From the IMG/VR virus record IMGVR_UViG_3300035208_007474: a stretch of DNA of 27,422 nucleotides, one strand, 5' to 3'. The position numbers and the translations under genes were made by a program. The notes beneath the pieces are model-generated. The model had not been told where the DNA came from. It made no database searches and worked only from the letters and a program-made list of their open reading frames with translations. Positions 16,143 to 23,341 of the stretch are shown here, piece by piece (within the stretch, counting starts at the first letter, position 1; each line of letters opens with the position of its first letter). This DNA is from a virus.

Positions 16143-16192
16143 TATAACAACGTCTCTAATAATGATGTACGTAAAAGTAGTGAAGATTTTGC

Positions 16193-16220
16193 TTTACAAC
16201 AACAAGTTTAAAAGTATAAT
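16193..16220 (+). promoter_or_regulatory. sigma70-like promoter TTTACA-N16-TATAAT
   Basis: Hexamers read directly; preceded by an ATGTACGTAAAAGTAGTGAAG element related to the TGTACA motif family. Confidence 0.5.
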
Positions 16221-16268
16221 AGTGATAATGAATTTTTCAAACAGCGTTGTTAGCGGAAAGGAAAATAT

Positions 16269-16523
16269 ATGAGTCATTTTTATGGTACATTGAACGGCAA
16301 TCGTGGCGAGGCAACTCGTTGTGGGTCTAAAGATAGTGGCATGACAACGTATTGTGCTTCGTGGAGCGGAGCGGTGCATTGTCAAGCGCATTATAATGAA
16401 AAGACTGATGAAGATTGGGTTTTAGTTGAGCTTGTACCTTGGCATGGTCATGGTACAAATAAAGTTTTATACGATGGCCCAATTAGCGGGGCCGAAGATG
16501 CTCTGAAAAGACAAGCGTCTTAA
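16269..16523 (+). CDS. Hypothetical protein (84 aa)
   Basis: RBS AAAGGAAAA; higher GC than its neighbours. Confidence 0.5.
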   Translation: MSHFYGTLNGNRGEATRCGSKDSGMTTYCASWSGAVHCQAHYNEKTDEDWVLVELVPWHGHGTNKVLYDGPISGAEDALKRQAS

Positions 16524-16539
16524 TAAAGAAAGGGATATT

Positions 16540-17196
16540 ATGTGCAACATTGGTTCCGAAATAGCAGCAATTATTCGTCAAGTAATTACGGAGAAGGTAG
16601 ATTCCGATATAATGTTTACTGCCTTCGATGTGAGTAGAGAAGTGCAGATTCGACTTCAAGCCGCTGGCCTTTCATTTGTGCGGCATTCGAACATGAAAGA
16701 AGTTGTTCATGAAGAAATGCAGGGGTATATGCAGCAAGGCGTATATCAGCGGCAATTAGTCGATGTTGGTGCGCCGGTCCAAGCATTTGTGTATTATCCC
16801 GCTGGCGCAGACCCCCTTCAATATGTGTCAGGAAATATAGTACATATAAGTGCGCCTGCCATTGTGCCCGTGCCCGCCGTAACGGATTCAACCGATGATG
16901 GGAACCAAGGTCGCTCACCAGATGCAAGAGGAACGCTGGCTGTTCCGGCTGTGCTTGTTCGTGCCGCTGGTATGATGCCGGGCGACAAGTGTTACGTGTA
17001 TGCAGACACCGACAAAACCGGAACTCCATTTTTGATTATTACTGGCATGGCAACAGGCAAAAGTCTCGCTGAATATACCGTGGATGCGTACAACAACGTT
17101 CGCATTACACAAAAGCAATTAGACGCTGGCGGATTGACAGAAGATAGTTTTTATTTTGAAAGTGATGGGTCGTCGGTGATTGTCAAGGCTCTTTAA
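16540..17196 (+). CDS. Hypothetical protein; C-terminal region resembles an AbrB/MazE-type swapped-hairpin segment (RGTLAVPAVLVRAAGMMPGDK)
   Basis: RBS AAGGGA; GC-rich, which explains the long antisense ORFs across it. Confidence 0.45.
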   Translation: MCNIGSEIAAIIRQVITEKVDSDIMFTAFDVSREVQIRLQAAGLSFVRHSNMKEVVHEEMQGYMQQGVYQRQLVDVGAPVQAFVYYPAGADPLQYVSGNIVHISAPAIVPVPAVTDSTDDGNQGRSPDARGTLAVPAVLVRAAGMMPGDKCYVYADTDKTGTPFLIITGMATGKSLAEYTVDAYNNVRITQKQLDAGGLTEDSFYFESDGSSVIVKAL

Positions 17197-17235
17197 GGGT
17201 AAGGACGCCTTTCTAAAACTTGACTGCAACTAATG

Positions 17236-17268
17236 GCCCGCACGGATGCAGCGGGCTGTTAGTTTTTT
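17236..17268 (+). terminator. Probable intrinsic terminator (GCCCGC-acggatgca-GCGGGC, tgttag, T6)
   Basis: GC stem followed by an interrupted T tract, 40 nt after the stop at 17196. Confidence 0.5.
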
Positions 17269-17351
17269 AAGGTAGAGATGAGATTATGGCACAGCACAGG
17301 TAGTAGTGATTCGAAATGACTTTTGTAGCATGGCAATGGAAGAAAAGAAAA

Positions 17352-18053
17352 ATGAAACTAGATAACAAGTTTTTTGAAAGGTTCTTTCCGAAATCAACGG
17401 ATTCTGTTGATGAATTACGAAATATCTTGGCAGTAGCTCGTCAAACTATCGGTCATCAACAAGAGTTAATGATTCGGCTTTCAGCAGAACCACTTCTGTA
17501 TGCGACAATTCTATCTGTTAGTAATAAAATTGACCCAAAGAATTTTGCAATTGGTGGATGGGTTTTAGTGACAGACAAGGAAAGTCCTTTTTTTCATAGA
17601 ATCGGGCAAATTGTTAAAGCCGTTGATGGAGAAGTAACGGTCGATTTTTACGGTGCAGAAAAAACCCATAATTTTAAAATTGGTATCAAAAGTGAGTCGC
17701 AAATTAAGTTGTTGTTTAAGAATGACGGACGTTTTGCCGTCGTTACATATGGAAACAGGATTTTCGAAGTTTGGGGAAATGTCACAGAACAGGTCAAGCC
17801 CGGTTATATTGCGAAGCTAAACAAACACACATTGCAGATTGTGGATATCATCCCGCCTACTTGTATGGGTGAAGTGGCAAAAGTCATAAAGCGTTTGGAC
17901 AACAGGCATGTGCTTTTAGACCTTGGACACAAGTATAGAGCAGTTATCTGCGAATTTGTTGTTAAAAAAGGCGATGAGGTCTTAATAGACCCAAGTCATT
18001 CTGTGGTTACGAAGATATGCGGTCGCATGAAAACAGCACGGAAAACACGATAG
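17352..18053 (+). CDS. Hypothetical protein (start 17352 preferred; 17316 is possible)
   Basis: GGAAG about 11 nt upstream of ATG 17352. Confidence 0.5.
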   Translation: MKLDNKFFERFFPKSTDSVDELRNILAVARQTIGHQQELMIRLSAEPLLYATILSVSNKIDPKNFAIGGWVLVTDKESPFFHRIGQIVKAVDGEVTVDFYGAEKTHNFKIGIKSESQIKLLFKNDGRFAVVTYGNRIFEVWGNVTEQVKPGYIAKLNKHTLQIVDIIPPTCMGEVAKVIKRLDNRHVLLDLGHKYRAVICEFVVKKGDEVLIDPSHSVVTKICGRMKTARKTR

Positions 18054-18111
18054 TTGCAATTTATTAAAAATTTGTTAAAATCGCAGTCCTATATCGAAGG
18101 GACTGCCTTAT

Positions 18112-18393
18112 ATGAAATATTTTCTTGAGTGTGGTGATATCAGAATTTCAATAAACGGACCAGACGAAAATACAGTAGCTCGTCAGTTGGTAAAGCAGAT
18201 GTTGATGGAACAGGCTGATATGGGTCAAATAGTTATGGTGAGCGAAAAGGATTTTTGTTGTAAACGAAGAAATCCTGTTTTGTTAATAACACAAGGATTA
18301 ATTAATGACATCCAAACCAATACCTTCTCTCCACCGCTTGGATTGTTTAACTCCTTCCGAACGATGGATTCGATTGTGGAAAGCAACATTTGA
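18112..18393 (+). CDS. Hypothetical small protein; overlaps the Nudix gene by 89 nt, so its reality is uncertain
   Basis: ORF-track entry; a hairpin at 18083-18106 lies immediately upstream. Confidence 0.3.
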   Translation: MKYFLECGDIRISINGPDENTVARQLVKQMLMEQADMGQIVMVSEKDFCCKRRNPVLLITQGLINDIQTNTFSPPLGLFNSFRTMDSIVESNI

Positions 18394-18922
18394 TGCTGGA
18401 CGAATATGGACATTCGTTAGCAGAAAAGAAAAACCTGAAATCATAACTGGCATATCTTCTGCCGATGCCGTTGTCATTATTGCTTCTGTCTTGCAGTCGG
18501 GGATTCCAAAATTAGTAACCATTAAAGAATATCGGCCAGCTATTGGGGCGTATGAATATGGATTTCCTGCTGGTCTGATTGACGGTGGTGAAAAGCCCGA
18601 AGATGCCGCAGTAAGGGAACTCAAAGAAGAAACCGGATTGGATACGGTGCATATTTATCAGGTAACCCCGCCGTTGTATTCGTCTTCCGGCCTTACAGAT
18701 GAATCCACTATTTTTGTTTATCTTGAAGCAACGGGTACGCTCTCCGCTCATAATCAGGAAGAAACCGAAAATATTGAACCAATGCTATTAGAGGCAAAAG
18801 ATATTATCAATTTATTAGAGCAGAAGGAAAAATTTGCTGAGGGAAGAATTTCGTGTAAATATTGGCCGATTGCTCAGATGTTTGCTACTACTGGTTTATT
18901 ATGTTCGAGGGAAAAAATATGA
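18305..18922 (+). CDS. Nudix hydrolase, ADP-ribose pyrophosphatase-like
   Basis: Perfect Nudix box GLIDGGEKPEDAAVRELKEETGL (Gx5Ex7REUxEExGU); the N-terminal extension plus the PAG..E core follow the ADPRase/NudF layout; RBS AAGGA 7 nt upstream. Confidence 0.8.
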   Translation: MTSKPIPSLHRLDCLTPSERWIRLWKATFDAGRIWTFVSRKEKPEIITGISSADAVVIIASVLQSGIPKLVTIKEYRPAIGAYEYGFPAGLIDGGEKPEDAAVRELKEETGLDTVHIYQVTPPLYSSSGLTDESTIFVYLEATGTLSAHNQEETENIEPMLLEAKDIINLLEQKEKFAEGRISCKYWPIAQMFATTGLLCSREKI

Positions 18923-19098
18923 TACAATTAGCCGAAGTTATGGGTTGGGTATCATGGATATTTATAGGAGTTTGGACAGTAATAGTTATTTGTTGTTTTT
19001 GGATTATAAAAATCATCGAGGAAAGTAATACGCAAAGTTTTAAAAAACGTGAGAAATTCTTTGAAGAAATAAAGAAGATAAAAGAAGGAAATAAATGA
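18919..19098 (+). CDS. Small single-pass membrane protein (59 aa, TM helix WVSWIFIGVWTVIVICCFWII)
   Basis: ATGA overlap with the Nudix stop; a hydrophobic stretch followed by a basic/acidic tail. Confidence 0.45.
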   Translation: MIQLAEVMGWVSWIFIGVWTVIVICCFWIIKIIEESNTQSFKKREKFFEEIKKIKEGNK

Positions 19099-19319
19099 TA
19101 ATTATTTTGCATTCGGGTACCGAGGAAATGGCAAAGTTGTCCCCTCCCAAGAAGTTGAGTAAACGAAGCAAGGCTGATATGGAGCTTGTTATTCGAAACT
19201 TGTGGACGGAATGGATTACTCCCGAATTTGTTTCAGAACCAGATTTTGTAACATGGCTCATTGAAAAAAAAGGTTGGAAGGTTCCAAGAGAAAACGTTTT
19301 TAACATCATTGTCAAATAA
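19095..19319 (+). CDS. Hypothetical protein (74 aa)
   Basis: ATGA overlap with the upstream gene; ends 1 nt before the ARH gene region. Confidence 0.45.
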   Translation: MIIILHSGTEEMAKLSPPKKLSKRSKADMELVIRNLWTEWITPEFVSEPDFVTWLIEKKGWKVPRENVFNIIVK

Positions 19320-19367
19320 GTGGGGGAAACTAGTTTACAGGTCATCTCAAAAGGATATAATCTTGAT

Positions 19368-20360
19368 ATGGAAATGAAGGATAAAATCCAAGGTATGTTT
19401 TTAGGCACGTTTATCGGTGATGCGCTCGGTTTTCCTGTAGAGGGCTGGTCTTCCGAACGGATTGCTGAAACATATGGTCGTATCATTAGTTTTGTGAAGC
19501 CTGATAAACATAAGTGGTTCGGTGAAAAAGAAGTTGGTACTCCTACTGACGATTGGCAATTAACAAAAGCTGTTGCCGAATCTTTAATCATTAGTGGAAT
19601 GGATATGGATGCGATAGCTGAAGCACATAAAGCCGCATTCAACGAATCAATTGTTGGATGGGGCGGCACAACCTCTAGTGCTGTCCGAAATTTACTAAAT
19701 GGAGCAACGTGGGAAAAGTCGGGGCTTCCTATTGGGATGGGAAATGGATGTGCCATGAAGATTGCTCCCGTAGCTGCTTTAGTCGCCGCTAAGTATCAAT
19801 CTGGTAAAGTTGTAGATTTTATTGTCAAATTAACCTGCATGACTCATCGTAATGTCTTAGCCGTTTGCACGACTTTGGCTCAAGCAGAAGCAATTTATTA
19901 TTGTTTAACTGCCCAAAAATTTAACGCCATCAAATTTGCTAATCGAATTATTGTCGGCAGTGTGCTGGGGGAATTCTTGAGCGAAGATATTGTTACCGAA
20001 GGTATGACTATTGATTTTCCTGATACCACGCAACGATTGAAGTTGTTGAAGGATTATAAAAAATACGACGACCAGAGAATTATCAAAGAATTTCAGGGAA
20101 CAGCTTACGCATACAATAGCATTCCGTTTTCCTTGATGTTTTTTATCAGAAATCCGAATTCTATTAATGCTATGTACGATGTAATTGCGGCTGGTGGCGA
20201 TACAGATACAAATGCTTCAATGGTTGGCTCACTTTTAGGTGCGTTGAACGGAGTTGACATATTTCCAATGGAATTGGTGAATCAAATGTCTTCAAAGTAT
20301 CGGGACGAAGTGACAGATGTCGCTAATCGTTTTTACAACAAATTTTTTGAGGAAAAATAA
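19368..20360 (+). CDS. ADP-ribosylglycohydrolase (ARH/DraG family)
   Basis: GMFLGTFIGDALGFPVEG, GTPTDDWQLT and AAGGDTDTNASMVGSLLGALNG are the three hallmark ARH metal-binding blocks; I chose ATG 19368 over the GTG at 19320. Confidence 0.85.
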   Translation: MEMKDKIQGMFLGTFIGDALGFPVEGWSSERIAETYGRIISFVKPDKHKWFGEKEVGTPTDDWQLTKAVAESLIISGMDMDAIAEAHKAAFNESIVGWGGTTSSAVRNLLNGATWEKSGLPIGMGNGCAMKIAPVAALVAAKYQSGKVVDFIVKLTCMTHRNVLAVCTTLAQAEAIYYCLTAQKFNAIKFANRIIVGSVLGEFLSEDIVTEGMTIDFPDTTQRLKLLKDYKKYDDQRIIKEFQGTAYAYNSIPFSLMFFIRNPNSINAMYDVIAAGGDTDTNASMVGSLLGALNGVDIFPMELVNQMSSKYRDEVTDVANRFYNKFFEEK

Positions 20361-20557
20361 TGACAATGTTACAATGGAAACAACAACTGGAACCGTCTTT
20401 GATGGGCATTCATGGAGTCTTAAATGTCGAAACAACACTCAGAGGGCTAACCGTTAACGTATTCAGACCCACAGACCAGCAAAAAGAGGCTATTTACGCC
20501 ATTTTTGAGGCAAATGCCCCTGATTTGCCGTTTAAAATTGCATCGAGTAAGTGTTAA
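20360..20557 (+). CDS. Hypothetical protein (65 aa), TAATG overlap with the ARH stop
   Basis: ORF track; translationally coupled to the ARH gene. Confidence 0.4.
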   Translation: MTMLQWKQQLEPSLMGIHGVLNVETTLRGLTVNVFRPTDQQKEAIYAIFEANAPDLPFKIASSKC

Positions 20558-20599
20558 AATGTACATAGAAGGTAGCAAGTAAAAATAATCGGTTTTGGC

Positions 20600-20626
20600 T
20601 TTACAACCATAAGCCCCGATTATAAA
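20600..20626 (+). promoter_or_regulatory. sigma70-like promoter TTTACAACCATAA-N-TATAAA
   Basis: Shares the gcTTTACAACCATAA string with the PARP promoter at 14485. Confidence 0.4.
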
Positions 20627-20683
20627 ATGCCAATAGTCGAACGGGATGTTCCCGTACCAAACGACATATAAGGAGATGCAAAA

Positions 20684-21604
20684 ATGGCTACGAAGAAAGC
20701 TGCCTCGAAGAAAGTCGCTGTTGCCCCTGCTATCGCTATTCCCGCTGTCCGTACCACTGGAAAAACTGCTGCGCCTGCCAAGCCCATGTCTGCGGCTGAT
20801 ATGTTGAATCAACTCGCTGGTGCTAAACCTGTTGAAAAGAAGTCAACCGCTGCCAGTAAAGGTCGCCCGGCTCTTGTTCTTACGCCTGATGCCGAAAGTA
20901 CCTTTAAGAAATTTATTCCGGCTAAGGTACTGTACGACCAGTTTGAGTCCAATTTAACCGCTGTTAAGGATGAACTCAAAACTCAACTTTTTGTTCTCTA
21001 TGCCCATACCATGTGGATTCAGAAAAGCCAGCCTGCTAACCCCAAGCTTCTCGTTCTGAATGACAAGGGCAAGTCTGACATGGAATCGTTGTATGTCATT
21101 CAGGCTAAATTTAAAGTGCAAGCTGACAGTGCCGAAGTTGCCACGCAGTTGCTAGTTGGCGTGGGTTTGTCTCAAGACAATGCTGAAAAACTTGTGGAAC
21201 ATGAGTTGGATTTTACGCCGTTCACCGGACTCCGCAGTTTCAATGAGTTGGTCAAGGGCCATCGTGAAGGCGAAGGTTGGGTGGAAGCAACCCCTGCTGA
21301 ACAGGCTGTTGCTCAGAAACTCATGTCTCTTGTTATGGGTCAGCAAGTCGCCCCTATCACGCCGGAAGAGCGTCAGATTATTCTTCGCAACGAGCCGCAG
21401 GTTGTCGTGCGGGACGGGTTCCTTGAACGTGTTACGACTTATTGCGAGAGTGAAGAACAGGTTCTTGGTGTGTTCCAAGTTGTGCAACCTGTCAACTACC
21501 CCAAGGGTGCGAAGTTTGCGGTGTCCGATGATGCGGAAACCCGCAACAAGCGGCTGGTGGCCGAGTGTGCCAATATTTTGAACCAGCAGCTTAACATTAA
21601 ATAA
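20684..21604 (+). CDS. Hypothetical protein with Ala/Lys/Pro-rich disordered N-terminus; GC-rich
   Basis: Perfect RBS AAGGAG 7 nt upstream; 306 aa. Confidence 0.6.
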   Translation: MATKKAASKKVAVAPAIAIPAVRTTGKTAAPAKPMSAADMLNQLAGAKPVEKKSTAASKGRPALVLTPDAESTFKKFIPAKVLYDQFESNLTAVKDELKTQLFVLYAHTMWIQKSQPANPKLLVLNDKGKSDMESLYVIQAKFKVQADSAEVATQLLVGVGLSQDNAEKLVEHELDFTPFTGLRSFNELVKGHREGEGWVEATPAEQAVAQKLMSLVMGQQVAPITPEERQIILRNEPQVVVRDGFLERVTTYCESEEQVLGVFQVVQPVNYPKGAKFAVSDDAETRNKRLVAECANILNQQLNIK

Positions 21605-21615
21605 TGTAATTCATA

Positions 21616-21649
21616 GTCCAAGACTCGCCTTGTGGCGAGTCTTGGACTG
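21616..21649 (+). other. Perfect 15-bp stem + TTGT tetraloop (AGTCCAAGACTCGCC-ttgt-GGCGAGTCTTGGACT) with no U-tract
   Basis: Read directly; located between the stop at 21604 and the RBS at 21655. Confidence 0.6.
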
Positions 21650-21667
21650 ACAACAAAGGAGAATTAT

Positions 21668-22072
21668 ATGAAATCACAATTGACCACGCAGCAGTTAGAG
21701 CGAGCCGTAAATTTGTTAAAGGAGTTGGAAACGATGGGTCTGACGGTGCAAGGTTTAGCAATGACTTCCCCCTCCCCCTTTCCCTCTCGTCACAAACCCA
21801 TCGCAAGTATTGATAGGCAAGCGGAAATTTCTCAAAAACTATCAGTGGGAGTTCGTGCTTATTATAGAAAAGTTCGAACAATTGCCAAGGCACAGGGTTG
21901 TTCTCTGACTGAGGCTCGCAAAATTTATCGTGAAAAAAAGCAAACAGCAAAGGCAAAAAAGGCTCATATAATTCGACGAGACTATCGGGATTATTGGCGT
22001 GATGTACACACATTGGCTCTGGCAAACAATATTTCCATTTCTGATGCTCGGAAATTATACAAAAATTCCTAG
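21668..22072 (+). CDS. Hypothetical basic protein with two copies of an S-(L/I)-(T/S)-(E/D)-ARK-(I/L)-Y motif
   Basis: Perfect RBS AAGGAG; SLTEARKIYREKK and SISDARKLYKN. Confidence 0.55.
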   Translation: MKSQLTTQQLERAVNLLKELETMGLTVQGLAMTSPSPFPSRHKPIASIDRQAEISQKLSVGVRAYYRKVRTIAKAQGCSLTEARKIYREKKQTAKAKKAHIIRRDYRDYWRDVHTLALANNISISDARKLYKNS

Positions 22073-22112
22073 TCCCCATCGTTGCAGCGGTGGTACGTTT
22101 GCCTCGGGCTGG

Positions 22113-22151
22113 ACACGCACGTTATTTTTCAACGTGCGTGTCTTTTGTTTA
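22113..22151 (+). terminator. Rho-independent terminator (ACACGCACGTT-atttttca-AACGTGCGTGT + CTTTTGTTT)
   Basis: 11-bp perfect stem plus a T-rich tail, 40 nt after the stop. Confidence 0.75.
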
Positions 22152-22259
22152 GGTGAACCGAACGGAATTATTTGAAAAAGATAGTGATAAGTTTGATGTG
22201 TCAAAATTCAGAGCGTTCTTTACTGAAGAACAAGAAAATTTCAGAGTGGGAGAATCGCA

Positions 22260-23234
22260 ATGAAATATAATCAATATAAAACATTATTCGAAGTTCTGAA
22301 GATGTTTAAGCAATATGACGTTTATTATCGTTCGCTACTTGCCTCTATCACCGAAGCTATGACGCAGACGACGAATCGTGGGGAAGGGCTTGGTGCTTTA
22401 AGCATGAATGCGTCCCAAGTAGTTGCGGAGTGGTATTGGCATAAATCAGGAAAACCTTATTATAATATTCATCCCTCATTAATTAACACATTTTCTAAAT
22501 GTACAATGGACATCCCCGCTAATCTTGTTCGTTTCCCTTTTCCAACATTTTCGATTAATTTGCCGTCACCGGAAGAAGGCAATCCGTTGATTATAAACGA
22601 GCAATATTACATTAAATCATTTTTATGTCATTGGTCAAATAATGCATCTTTAATTAATGCCGCTAGAAGTATGGGGTTAAAAACGTTAGACGGAAGAAGC
22701 GGCGACGAAAACAGAATGATAATTTGGATTGATATTGGAGAAACAGAAAAGGCATTTGATGGTAAGGACTTGCCAATTTATACTTATAGACAATTAGCAT
22801 ATGTTGGCGACGAATCAATAGATGTGGCTTTACATAAATTGCCGCCAGACGATTCCGCAAATATAGGTGTTGTAATTAATGAAGAAACAATTCTAAAATG
22901 TATAAAATTAATGATTTCTGTATGTTTTTTGGTGGAATCTAATGACCCCCTTGTATTACCTGATATTCTAGCCAAGGATAGATTTTTACTCGAAGACGCA
23001 GATGAAGAAAAATTAAAACAATTACAAGAAAAAGCCAGATTAAAAGATAAATTCGGTTGGATTATTGGTATTGAGAATGGCCGCAAAATAGCGGGTGGGG
23101 AGCATCAGCTTTCTTATGCCCATATTCGCACTGGACATTGGCATAAAGTTTTATTTGGTGTCGGCAAGAAACAGTTTAAAGTAATATGGTATAGGCCGGT
23201 GACCGTAAGGCCAGATTTGCCAATGAAACTATGA
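22260..23234 (+). CDS. Hypothetical protein (324 aa) immediately upstream of the MVP homolog
   Basis: RBS GGGAG; no recognisable motif. Confidence 0.55.
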   Translation: MKYNQYKTLFEVLKMFKQYDVYYRSLLASITEAMTQTTNRGEGLGALSMNASQVVAEWYWHKSGKPYYNIHPSLINTFSKCTMDIPANLVRFPFPTFSINLPSPEEGNPLIINEQYYIKSFLCHWSNNASLINAARSMGLKTLDGRSGDENRMIIWIDIGETEKAFDGKDLPIYTYRQLAYVGDESIDVALHKLPPDDSANIGVVINEETILKCIKLMISVCFLVESNDPLVLPDILAKDRFLLEDADEEKLKQLQEKARLKDKFGWIIGIENGRKIAGGEHQLSYAHIRTGHWHKVLFGVGKKQFKVIWYRPVTVRPDLPMKL

Positions 23235-23341
23235 GTTTCCCAAATTTCGTAGTTGGTTCTTTCAATAATTTTGTTTATGGCTATAATCAAACGAGATTGA
23301 CTTATTAAAAAACTTGTTTTCTAAAAAAAAGGAAGAGAAAA

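Noticed and set aside
16616-17118. Antisense ORFs (137 aa, 67 aa) inside 16540..17196
   Set aside because: The region is GC-rich, which suppresses stop codons; the plus-strand gene has an RBS and matches operon polarity.
19040-19756. 238-aa minus-strand ORF
   Set aside because: It is antisense to the translationally coupled small genes and the 5' end of the ARH gene, whose ARH motifs are unambiguous.
21152-21581. Overlapping ORFs on both strands inside 20684..21604
   Set aside because: They are alternative frames in a GC-rich gene; the annotated frame has a perfect AAGGAG RBS.
21597-22079. 160-aa minus-strand ORF exactly antisense to 21668..22072
   Set aside because: The plus-strand ORF has a perfect RBS and a terminator after it; the minus ORF would begin inside that terminator.
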